Notes under the pieces: generated by a model | What the model saw: the letters and a program-made list of their open reading frames with translations, nothing else | Told to the model about the DNA's origin: nothing | Databases searched by the model: none | Shown: in pieces, positions 1 through 10,286 of the stretch | Numbering within the stretch: position 1 is the stretch's first letter | How the letters are laid out: the number at the start of each line of letters is the position of its first letter | Program-made: the position numbers and the translations under genes | Source of the DNA: Seison nebaliae | Lineage: Eukaryota | NCBI GenBank assembly: GCA_023231475.1 | Contig: JALJEE010003044.1 | Coordinates: forward strand, 1 to 35,658 | Direction: 5' to 3' | Length of the DNA stretch: 35,658 nucleotides

Positions 1-541
1 AAACCAAGAATTCCAAGTGGGAAATATGAGAAGAAGTTTTGAATAAAATTTCTTCCGATTCATAACAATTTTATTGTTTCTTTATGTTTTTAGAAGAAAA
101 ACAGCTTTCGCTGGCGGAATAATTATAATATCGACCGTTCTAATTATTTGTGGTTCTGGCGTTGCAGTAGCAGCAATCACTTCGAACAACGATTCTACAC
201 CACAAGTTGTTAATGAAACCACATCATCGCCTGTCATGGAAAGTACTAGTTTCACTGAATCTTTCATTGATTCTTCCACTGAAACATTCAAACCGAAACG
301 TGGAACGACTTCTGATGATGAAACGAATTCTAATAATGAAGATGATGATCAAGCAAATTCTAATGATGGAAGTGATGGTAATGTTATCATAATCCATCTG
401 GACAATGAGAACTCTAACAACAATGATAATCCAAACGAAAATTTCAATTCAAACGATAATTCGAATGTTCGTAAAAATCCATCAACGACAACAACAACGA
501 CAACAACAACAACAACAACAGCAACAACAACAACGACGACG

Positions 542-572
<31 letters not shown>

Positions 573-1368
573 CGACGACGACCACAACAACAACCACAAC
601 AACCACAACGACGACTATGACCACAACAACAACAACAACGACGACAACAATAATAACGTCGACAAAAACAACAACAACTACAACAACTACAAGAACAACA
701 ACAACCACGACGACAACGACAACGACAACAACTGCTCCAGATAAACTCACAAGTTATTAGTTTCGAATTACTTCGTTAGTTGGTGAAAGGACTGACAACC
801 ATTTATTTTCAGGTTGTTAGAAATGATAGATTATGGTCAGATAATTAATGCGTATATTAAATATAGATTAACTATTAAATATTCAATAAGAAAACCAGGA
901 AATACCAGAAGAACTAAATAAGATGCAGTTAAAAGATCAGGATAACAAGACTAACAAGAGTTGTCTTTACTAATATTGAATATTAGTGGTTAGAGATAGA
1001 ATATATATTCAGATATAATGAACAGTTGTCTTTATTAAGCGAATGGGAATCCACATCTGATGAATAAATCCCTAACAACAAATCCCCGCGGGGTAAATAA
1101 AGGAGGAAGACGGATAATTCACTAAATGAGTCATCGGAAATCAATGATTTAGTCTGATCCTTAAATTCCGAATAAAGTCTATAAGCAAACGAATATCTCT
1201 ATATTTCATGTTCTTATTTTATTTTTATTACTATTAGCACCAACGACGACTGTAACAACAACTCGTGAAGGAAAACAAAAACGGAAGAAAAAACGAAAAA
1301 GAAGAAAACGACGAAAACGACAAAAGAAACGAAGACAAAAAAGAAAACGACAAAAACAACTCCAGTAG
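1..1368 (+). CDS. Membrane-anchored mucin-like protein, 5'-partial. Exons <1-35, 94-752, 1238-1368. TM segment, Asn/Asp-rich region, poly-Thr stalk, polybasic C-terminus
   Basis: Frame-preserving GT-AG introns at 36-93 (phase 2) and 753-1237 (phase 1) join KPRIPSGKYEKK-RKTAFAGGIIIISTVLIICGSGVAVAAI (basic residues then a hydrophobic helix) to the Thr tract and to a last exon TPTTTVTTTREGKQKRKKKRKRRKRRKRQKKRRQKRKRQKQLQ*. The Thr-rich start of the last exon continues the stalk. Confidence 0.7.
485..733 (+). repeat. (ACA/ACG/ACC)n trinucleotide tract encoding poly-Thr
   Basis: Directly visible. Variation falls mostly at the third position of ACN codons, supporting the Thr frame. Confidence 0.95.
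983..1198 (-). mobile_element. Probable retroelement ORF-end fragment within mucin intron 2 (LPRGDL family, copy 1)
   Basis: Stop-free 71-codon frame without ATG, containing LSVFLLYLPRGDLLL. It shares 19/20 nt (1079-1098) with 7781-7800 and lies in an unusually long intron (485 nt). Confidence 0.4.
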
Positions 1369-3142
1369 AAGGATGGTTGGAATAAAACATTAAGAATTAT
1401 TTATATAACCATTTCACATGACAATTAATGTTTACCTGAAAATGTTTTATTTTTAAACCTTTGATATGGTAGCAATTTCATCAAAAAAGTTGAAACATAT
1501 TCAAATTATTAACCGTCGCTACGATTCTTTCGTCTCACAAATTGTCAGTGACAATTAATTTATTAAGAAAACAAAAATATATGGTTTATTCTTCAATGAA
1601 CTGATCGTGATGTGATGAAGAAATGAATTTGATGTGTAGCGATTCGACAATATTGTTTATATACTTATAGTCTTATATAAGTAAGTGTATGATATTGTGA
1701 GAACAATCTTTAAATACCAAACACTTACATATATGATATAATTTCATGGATTTGTAATTCTTGCTTTCATTTGAATTTATGACAACCCTAACGTTACTGA
1801 TATGTGAAATATTGTAGATTGTAGTGTACATTCTGATTGTAGATCAACATATATCTGATTATAAGCGTTATATCCTCTGAATTTGAGAGTCTCAAATGAC
1901 ACTCACATGAAACTATTTTTCATATTCTAACAGTTTACAAACCGTTACAATCAAATTTCTTTTTAATAAGAAATCAGATCCCTCTATGCTTATTATTGAT
2001 ATACAGTAGAACCGTAAGGGACAGTTTTGAGATTTTATAAAACAGGTGAAATCTTCAGTCCAATTTAAAATCTTTTATAATGATAAATATTATAGAATAG
2101 CCCGATTCTAGGCTTTAAGATGGTGACAAAAGTCTTGAAAAAAATTTAATATTTCATGCATTAAAACAAAAATGTATTATTTCATAATAGAAATCGCATT
2201 TTCCATAACGGTTCAGTTAAGAACAATTGCTATTATTAGATTGTATACCCTGCAATAATGTGGAGCATGCCAATTATATAATGTAAGAAAAATGGAAACT
2301 TTCAAGGAAAAAACACTAAAACTAACGTAACTCTTGATTATTTCTTATCTACTATTAAATTGTTTTCTTACTCAATTGTATCGCTCAAACATTCAAAACT
2401 GTATGAAATGTTTAAACTTTTTATTTATCAATTTCTTCAATTTTTCCGCATAATTCCGTTTCATGTTTGAAATACTCGACAACATCATTTTTACGGATCA
2501 ACATGCTACGGTCAATTTTACTTCGGTTAACTGGGATGGAATATTCATAAAGTTGCCAAATTTTAATATTTAATAATTCCTGATTTATTACAATTATGAA
2601 ATATTCGCATAAATTCCGGGATGATTAATATTGTCGAAGCGTTTTTCTGTAAAAACATTCAAATGGACATGTTAAGCAATCGTTTGACATTCAATAAATT
2701 TTAATATTGTCCCGGAGGTAATAGAAACAGCACAAATTGAATGGCATTCGAAGTTTAATATATTTTCTAACAATTACGGTATTTTTATTTTATACTCGTT
2801 TATTATTAATTTTTATTAATTTTATTGAATTATTTTTTAATTTTTCTATGGTCTCGTGTAGATTCTACACCATTCTACACTGTATAAGAAGAAACATTTC
2901 ACTTATTATTATTATAATTTAATTTTTGTAAATAATAATTTATTAGGCGGTTTTTAGGTCTCTAGTGAGATACGTGGAAGAAGTAAGTTAGAAGTTGATT
3001 CATGTTGATTATAATAATTTCGGTGTCATGATTGAATTATGATTGAAAATATCAATGATTGTCAAATTTAAATTGAAGCTCAATTGATATCAGAATTATT
3101 CCAATAATATAATTTGTTTAGTTGAAGATATAATTAGGAAGA

Positions 3143-6100
3143 ATGAAAGATTTGAACGACGTAGAGATTATGGAAGATGGGGAGATAATAGATGATGATG
3201 AGAATGATGATTTGGAGAAGTGTATTAATGAAAAGGAAATTGAATTAAAGAAGTTGTTGAGACGAGTTGATGATTTGAAGAGAACGATTAATATCATTGA
3301 AGAGAATATGGATGAATCGAAATTGAAGAACGAGACGCTTCAATATTTCCTCTCCAGTCAAACGGTAACGGCATTCACTTCTTATTTCTTCAAATTCCAA
3401 CAATTCTCTAAATTGATGCACGTCCTCTCGAACCGTTGTAATGTCCACAATTTGAAAAAGAAGAAAAAGAAGAAGGAACAGAAAAAGAATAAAGAACGTT
3501 TACGACGACTTCTCTCCAATAAACAAGATGGTGAGAAGGAGTTGTTGTTGTTGAGAGAGCGATTCCATAAATTGATGGACATCCATCACAAGAAGACGAT
3601 TGAAGAGTTGGAGAAAAAGAAATTGGAGAATTTTGAGAGTTTTCCTAAGAGGAAGAAATATGAGGATGACAATGACGAGGAAATGAAAAAAGAAACAGAC
3701 GATGATGTCGACGTTGAAACGGAGAAGAATAATATGAGAGAAACGAATGAAGAATTATTGAAGAATTTGAAAATTGACGAAATTTTACCGAAACGTTTCG
3801 GTGTTAATACAAATCGATCAATGATTAATGAATTGGATGAATCGAAAGAAATGTTAATTTTATTCAATCTCTTCTTACAGATGTTCGACAAAGAGGCATT
3901 GGACGCGATACAAATGTATCAATATCAGAAAGAATCGTTAGAGAAATATTTTTATTATTTGAAAGTATTTGAACGGAATCGATTGAAACAGAATATTCCA
4001 TATCTTATTCCGTTCGATTTAATGAAACAAGAGAAAGTGAAAAAGAAGAATAGTCAAAAGAGAATTTTCCAAATAAAAAACTTCTTTCGTAATTCTATCA
4101 AACAAATCTTCTTGGATGATTTAGATGAATTGTTACAATTAGAGAATGGAGAATTGAAAGATATTCGTTATAAATACGAAGTTATTCTGACAAAAAAGAA
4201 TTTGGATAATTTAGAGAGTTTTAAGAACGTCCTACTCTTCCAATTTGATCAATATGCTAAAGAGTTGAAAGGACGACAGATGATCTTACATGAATTATTT
4301 CTCTTATTTAAATTGATGTTAAATACGAATCGCAACTTTTTCATGAGTTGCGCTGAACAATATGGAAAATTAGTATTTCAACGAAATCAGAAAGATATAA
4401 TTCAGGAGGCGATTGACACCGTCAAATTAGACGAGAAGATGACGGAAGAAGAGAAGAGTGTGGAGGAGAATGAAACGGAGATTGTGGAAGAGAATGATGA
4501 AATGGAGAAAGAGGAAGATAATCATCAAAATTCGAAGAAGAATTTGAATAAGAAGAAAAAGAGAAATGTACTTTTGGAGAAACCGTTTAATATTTTAGAT
4601 TTGAAGGAGGATATGATCAAAGAATTTATGCCATTTATTTTTATTCGAATTAATGAAGATAACAGAAGTGGAGAATTGATACATCCAATGCACGAATTTG
4701 TCGATATGCAAAATTTGATTATCGAACAATCAAAACAAACATCTATCTGGTATCAATTGGATGATGACGGACGATATGATTTGATTGAAAATCAGTTGGA
4801 TAAATATCAGAAAATTTATGATGCTCTTATCGCCATCGATCATCATTTGCCTGGTACAATCGACGAATTGATAGAGAATCGATTAAATCAGATCATTCGA
4901 ACGTCAGTCGATTCGGATGATAAAGATCCGAATATGTTGTTAGAAGATAATTTAGAATCGAATCAAAACGATGAGATTGGGGAAGAGGGAGAAGTCGAAC
5001 AAGAAATATTGGTAAGGGATTTGCATCCATCTCATGAAGGAACTAATCTCCCCATCGGATTACCACCCGTCAAACAATTCCATAAGGAAAATATTCAGCA
5101 TTTACGTAAATCGGAAGTTCCGCCCAACTTTTATGAGAACGTTCCATTTTATCCGTCGAAATTCCTTTATTCAAATCCTCAATTCATTCCATATCCATTC
5201 CAACAACAAATGCGACATCAACAATTTATGCGACAACAACAATTCATTCGTCATCAACATCAATCACAACCGTCTCCCCATCATTATCATCCTCATCATC
5301 GTCATCCATATATGAATATGGAGAATTTTTCAAATATTCACGAATTTCGTCAATCATATGAACAACGTCAGAAAGTGTTAACCGCTGCAGCATTAGAAGC
5401 GAAGTTGAGATATGAAAAAAAAGCAGCTGAAAGACAGAAGAAATTTGATGATCACATGACCATCACATTTGCTGATGAAACTCAGAGAATATTTAACAAA
5501 CCGAAACAAATTCCTTCCTCCACTAATATCGTGGAGAATAATCGATCGAATAATAAAAACACGTCATTCTTCATGTTCGGTCATATGGGAAAAGTAGGAG
5601 AAGAGACATCTAAAAATAATGAACGATTGACAATTGTGAAAGATGAAACTATTTTGGAATTGACGAAAAAATTCTCAACTGTCAAATATCCGGATAAACC
5701 ATTGAAACAGAAATTATTAGATAGTAAAATAGAAACATCATATAATCGTTTATGTCGACAGAATTTCTCACAGAAAGTTTTATTCAGAAATTGGAATGTT
5801 GGACAAATTCGAATTTCATACAAAGAATGTAATCGTCTAAAGAATCAGCATCAGCCTCGTCAGAGAAATAGAAATAATTTGAATTTATTGGGAAATGATG
5901 GACGAGATGAGAAATTATCAAGACGTGAATTCTTCTCATATTCGTACGATTTCCGCAATCCAAGTAATAATGGATCTATGTTATTAACATTCATTCGTCT
6001 TATGCCGTTAGCTGTCGTTCTTAGTGAACCTCATCTACCTGAAAACAATAAAGAACGACAAACAACATCAGTTATGTTATCCACTTCTAGTCTATCATCT

Positions 6101-6241
6101 ACCAATCCGAACGATTTCCACGAGAAACAAATTCGACGAGTTCATCGTGATCATCATCATCATCGAAATCATCGTGATCACAATCATATTTCACGTGATC
6201 ATCATCATCGAGATCATGTGGCAAAGAAGAGACGTCGGTGA
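3143..6241 (+). CDS. Uncharacterised 1032-aa intronless protein: coiled-coil and charged N-terminal half, Gln/His/Pro-rich region, His/Arg-rich tail ending in KKRRR (likely nuclear)
   Basis: 3.1-kb uninterrupted ORF in very AT-rich DNA, with an in-frame TAA at 3131 upstream of the ATG. No domain recognised. Confidence 0.85.
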   Translation: MKDLNDVEIMEDGEIIDDDENDDLEKCINEKEIELKKLLRRVDDLKRTINIIEENMDESKLKNETLQYFLSSQTVTAFTSYFFKFQQFSKLMHVLSNRCNVHNLKKKKKKKEQKKNKERLRRLLSNKQDGEKELLLLRERFHKLMDIHHKKTIEELEKKKLENFESFPKRKKYEDDNDEEMKKETDDDVDVETEKNNMRETNEELLKNLKIDEILPKRFGVNTNRSMINELDESKEMLILFNLFLQMFDKEALDAIQMYQYQKESLEKYFYYLKVFERNRLKQNIPYLIPFDLMKQEKVKKKNSQKRIFQIKNFFRNSIKQIFLDDLDELLQLENGELKDIRYKYEVILTKKNLDNLESFKNVLLFQFDQYAKELKGRQMILHELFLLFKLMLNTNRNFFMSCAEQYGKLVFQRNQKDIIQEAIDTVKLDEKMTEEEKSVEENETEIVEENDEMEKEEDNHQNSKKNLNKKKKRNVLLEKPFNILDLKEDMIKEFMPFIFIRINEDNRSGELIHPMHEFVDMQNLIIEQSKQTSIWYQLDDDGRYDLIENQLDKYQKIYDALIAIDHHLPGTIDELIENRLNQIIRTSVDSDDKDPNMLLEDNLESNQNDEIGEEGEVEQEILVRDLHPSHEGTNLPIGLPPVKQFHKENIQHLRKSEVPPNFYENVPFYPSKFLYSNPQFIPYPFQQQMRHQQFMRQQQFIRHQHQSQPSPHHYHPHHRHPYMNMENFSNIHEFRQSYEQRQKVLTAAALEAKLRYEKKAAERQKKFDDHMTITFADETQRIFNKPKQIPSSTNIVENNRSNNKNTSFFMFGHMGKVGEETSKNNERLTIVKDETILELTKKFSTVKYPDKPLKQKLLDSKIETSYNRLCRQNFSQKVLFRNWNVGQIRISYKECNRLKNQHQPRQRNRNNLNLLGNDGRDEKLSRREFFSYSYDFRNPSNNGSMLLTFIRLMPLAVVLSEPHLPENNKERQTTSVMLSTSSLSSTNPNDFHEKQIRRVHRDHHHHRNHRDHNHISRDHHHRDHVAKKRRR

Positions 6242-7741
6242 TACCGCGTGTCGATCACTAATCGTCAATGTTATGTAATAATTATTCTTTTTGTCATATA
6301 TGTAAGAAATCGACAAATTTTATTATTTGGTTCATTTCCGTCATTTGTCGAATGTGGTAGAGGAGAAGAGAGAGAGTTTTTTTCTTCATTTTCTTAAAAG
6401 TAATTTTAAGTCAATTTTTTTAAACATAGAACATTTCATTTTAGAGGCAGAATTTTTAAGGATTCGTCGATGAAACTGGAACGATTTTTTGGCAATTTTC
6501 CACAATTATTTTCCACAAATTTTAAATGAATGAAAATTAATTGAGTTACCGATTGACAAAGAAGATTTATAAAAGAAGATATTGAAAACAAACTAATATT
6601 TACAATAAATTCTTATTAGGAATATCCGAATTTTTTTGAGATTTCTATTTTTCTAAAAATTAATGTTTTCCATTTAAAATAAATTTAATCATTTCTTATT
6701 CCATCAAATTGAACATGATATATAATCAACAACAACAACAACAAGATCATTCTTTCCACCATAAGATTCATATATTGGATTCCTCAATTATTTTCATTGT
6801 CAACCACATTAAAGATATTAGAATGTTGTGATTAAGTGAAGTGATGATTGAGGCAAAATTGTTTAAATTAAACTTTATATAAAATAGAGTTGATTAATTG
6901 TGAGAAGTGGAGAAAGAGTGAGAAGGTGGAGAATGAATAGGGGGAGAAAGAGAGAGAGAGAGACAGTGTCGTATTTTACTGTTAGGTTTATTGTGAAAAA
7001 TTTGAAGGAAAACTCTTGAAAATGTGAAGGATCAGAAATTTATTATTCATTTATTCGATCGGTCAATTGTTTCTTCAATTCGATATTCACCAAATTCTTC
7101 AATTTCGTTATGTGTTCGAGTTAGAGAGGAGAAACGACATGAAGAAATAAGAAGACATAGAAAGATGATTACATTACGAATTGGATGATTGTGAAGAATG
7201 ATGAATAAAAAACAAATTTGTTTCATCATCACAATTATTAAGAATTCGAAAAATTTATTCTTTCCTTCTTTGTCATGAGAACCATGACGATAATGATGAA
7301 GGTACAATTCCTAATTTTTAATCATTCGATTTCATAATTAGAATGATAGGAAGCATTTAAAAAATAATTTGCTAATCGATTTCACTAATTGATTTTAATC
7401 CAATTTCCCACATTATAAAACGAGAAGTATCTTCCTTTCAGTCTCTTTCATTTATTGTCATTCTAACGGTTATGTTCATCAGAAATGAAAGACTAATATG
7501 TCGATTGAACTGTTCCATAAAATTCATCGATCCTCTATCAGTAAAACCGGAATTACTGACTTAACTTATGTAGAATCTTGTAGAAATGGTAGTTAGATAG
7601 TCATTTCCTTATTCGTCTTACTTTTTCATAATGGTAATACTCACTTTCAATTTAACTCATCAAAATTATTAATTTCTCAGTTAATTTTCCCTTTCCACTT
7701 TCACACAATTAAAGTATGAAGATAACGATTGTAAAATTCTT

Positions 7742-8026
7742 TAATTATTTTTTTTAATTTTTTTTTATTTATTATAAAATCAAATCCCCTCGGGGTAAAT
7801 TAAAAAGAATTAAAAGTTTTCTTCCAATGACGATTTCATCTCTTAAATATTCTGGAATATGAGAAGTAATATCGAAATTAGAAGAAATGTAAAGAGCATC
7901 ATCGAAAGATTCAGGAACATCAATCGAATAGTAAGAACAAAAAAAGATAACTGGATTGAAAAAATTTTTACACTGGAAATAGACTGAATTATTTTCAAAT
8001 ATCTTTGAATTATACGTTATAAGAAT
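7742..8026 (-). mobile_element. Probable 5'-truncated non-LTR retroelement or retrocopy 3' end (LPRGDL family, copy 2)
   Basis: Stop-free 84-codon frame without ATG (8026-7772) ending RKLLILFNLPRGDLIL*, overlapping AATAAA and followed by an A-rich tail (T-rich 7742-7771 on +). Confidence 0.5.
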
Positions 8027-8178
8027 TCATGAAAAATTACAAGAAAAATAATTGTTAAACTATCGCAATGGCGAGAATCGCTCGTTTCATAAGAGTTTTT
8101 CAATTCAACGATAAAGTTTCAAAGTGAATCTGATGAAATTTTAAGTTTGTTCATACGCAATATTTTATTTCCAATATT

Positions 8179-8202
8179 TTAAGCGAATAATTATTCGCTT
8201 AA
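8179..8202. repeat. Perfect 24-bp palindrome TTAAGCGAATAATTATTCGCTTAA
   Basis: Directly visible, no spacer. Confidence 0.9.
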
Positions 8203-8717
8203 TCACATGTAATTATAATGCACATGTCCCCATTCTATTTAAAATTTTTTTAAAAAGGAGTGAAATGGTGAGTTCCTTTGTTTTTCTTTTACCTCATCTT
8301 CATTTACTCAAAACCCATATTTTTTCGGGTAAAAATTGATGAAAATGAAAATTTTATTTTTTGCTCGTTTTTTTTTTCATCGAGCTGAATGTAATATTGT
8401 GAAAAAAAATCATTATTATTATTTGAGCAAGAGTTCTGAAGAAATTGAAAATAGAAGGAAAAAAAATTAAAAATTGTAAGCGATATTTCCATCAATTATT
8501 AACACTAATCTATGTTTAATTTTCTATGTTTGATATTTTCTAGTGAAAATGATAACTTCTATGATATTTTCCTACAATCGTATTAAATATCTGTAATATT
8601 TTTTAGTTTATTGCATTACAATCTTATTCCGATTTACAATGGTTATAATCAGCTATATTTATATTCGAGAGGACAAATCCTTAAAACATATCGCGATGTT
8701 TTATTAGACAATTAAAT

Positions 8718-9051
8718 GGAATTTAGGACATAAGAACGGCGGGATAAAAGAGCCACGAGACAAAAGAGCTACGGAAAAAAGAGCCATGAACAAAAGAGCC
8801 ACACAGACTCCTAAAAATAAGATATTTACTATATTATAGATAGTTCATACAATTTTCTTTATTTCTTCGAAATATGATGAAAATCAAGTCCATCGTATCA
8901 AATGTGTCAATTAAGTTTTTCAAATGAGCAGTAAGTGTTTTCTTCTTCATTTTTGGAGTTTTATTCTTTTCTGCTTTATTCTTGTTGATGTTGTTCAAGA
9001 ATCGGAATTTTGTCCATGGCTCTTTTCTGCCTAGCTCTTTTGTCCTTCCCC
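8718..9051. mobile_element. Non-autonomous Mutator-like (MULE) element with subterminal tandem repeats
   Basis: Exact 9-bp direct repeat CAATTAAAT at 8709-8717 and 9052-9060. About 15-bp units (GGACAAAAGAGCCAC-like) are tandem at the left end and inverted at the right end. Both termini begin with G. Confidence 0.85.
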
Positions 9052-9612
9052 CAATTAAATGATACATTCGAACAGTTTCTCACCAGTTTTGATTTTCTAG
9101 GAGAAAATGCAGTTTCTACATTTCGTTTTCTATATTCATCGTTCCCCCGTTGGGAAAAATAGAGCGATAAGCAAGAAAAAAAGAAAACGATAGATCCAAA
9201 ATTTATTCCAAAATTAACGCGGACAAATTCAAAAATCGGACAAAGTTATTTCTTTTTCCATTTTTTTTGGAAACATTATTTTTGTTGACCTATTGAAGTT
9301 GACAGTATTTGAAGGCAGGAAAAATTTCTGGCGCTCTCCGATTAATTTGGTGCTTCTCGGGCAAATTGAGTTCGTATACAGTAGTTCGTTATTTTGAATA
9401 ATGCCATTGAAAATAGTTATTTGGTACATACGCATGGTAATGAGGAAGGCATGTAGGCCGTATATAATATATTATATACGCAAACCCCACATAACATGCT
9501 AATATGTTTTGTACATTCATATGCCGAAATTTATCCGAAGAAGAGTATGAGGTATATGTATTATCAAACTACTAATATTTCCTGTGCCCCTATATAAGTA
9601 CAAGTGGGTGCA

Positions 9613-9649
9613 TGTGTGTGTCTGCGTGTGTGTGTGTGTGTGTGTGTGT
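9613..9649. repeat. (TG)n microsatellite
   Basis: Directly visible. Confidence 0.95.
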
Positions 9650-10254
9650 ATGAAAAAGAATGGTCCTGCCTATGTACGTACATGGAATTTGAGAATATGT
9701 ACAGAAAATTTACAATGTAAATAGTTACGTATTGTTATTATTATTCCTGAAAGAAATCAAGTTCCTAAAGATGTTTGAAGATTGATTAGTTGAATAATAA
9801 TCAAAGTTTATTCCTTTTCTCGCTATCTTTCAACGACGACTAATAAGGAATAATGGTGGAACAGTTGAATTTCATGCAAATAATCAGGGAGAATAATAAC
9901 TAGTGGAAGAATTGAACTTACAATCTTTTAGTAATGATATGTACATTACTGAATAATTAACGGGTCATTTTTCCCATTGTTCCTACCTCCCAATATTCAT
10001 CATAACATGCCAAAAGGGAACTTTCTTCCTCTTCATCATCACTAAATACTAGAGGAACTTTCCGTTACATACATCGTTTAAATGAAATATCTGTAGTAGT
10101 GGGAGATGAAGACGAAGGGGGAAGTATTTATTTCTACTCTCAATAATTTTATTTGAAAAAAAAATGAAATTAAAAAAAAACAAAAATTTTTTTTTCTGGA
10201 AGAGAAAAATAAATGAATTACCATATTTTCTGCATCTCTATGATAATGTAGAAT

Positions 10255-10279
<25 letters not shown>
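10255..10279. repeat. (AG)n microsatellite
   Basis: Directly visible. Confidence 0.95.

Positions 10280-10286
<7 letters not shown>

Noticed and set aside
349..750. Poly-Val ORF (-) and poly-Gln ORF (405-620, +)
   Set aside because: Alternative-frame shadows of the poly-Thr repeat. Codon variation fits the Thr frame.
813..1079. Possible solo LTR (GTTGTTAG...CTAACAAC inverted ends, AATAAA near the end)
   Set aside because: No target-site duplication, and the right end overlaps the LPRGDL frame.
2004..2218. Possible Tc1/pogo MITE (TA|CAGTAGAACCGT...ACGGTTCAGTTAA)
   Set aside because: Only about 7 bp of exact inverted match and the outer termini disagree.
7440..7495. Hairpin AGTCTCTTTCATTT...AAATGAAAGACT with CTGATGA on the minus strand and a miR-71-like seed TGAAAGAC
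   Set aside because: No correctly spaced hammerhead stem II/GAAA, no box D, poor inner pairing, and no miR-71 similarity beyond the seed.
8720..8803. CRISPR-like or iteron-like reading of the tandem units (also 30914-30990)
   Set aside because: No unique spacers. The units are mirrored at the other end and bounded by TSDs, so they are transposon subterminal repeats in a eukaryote.
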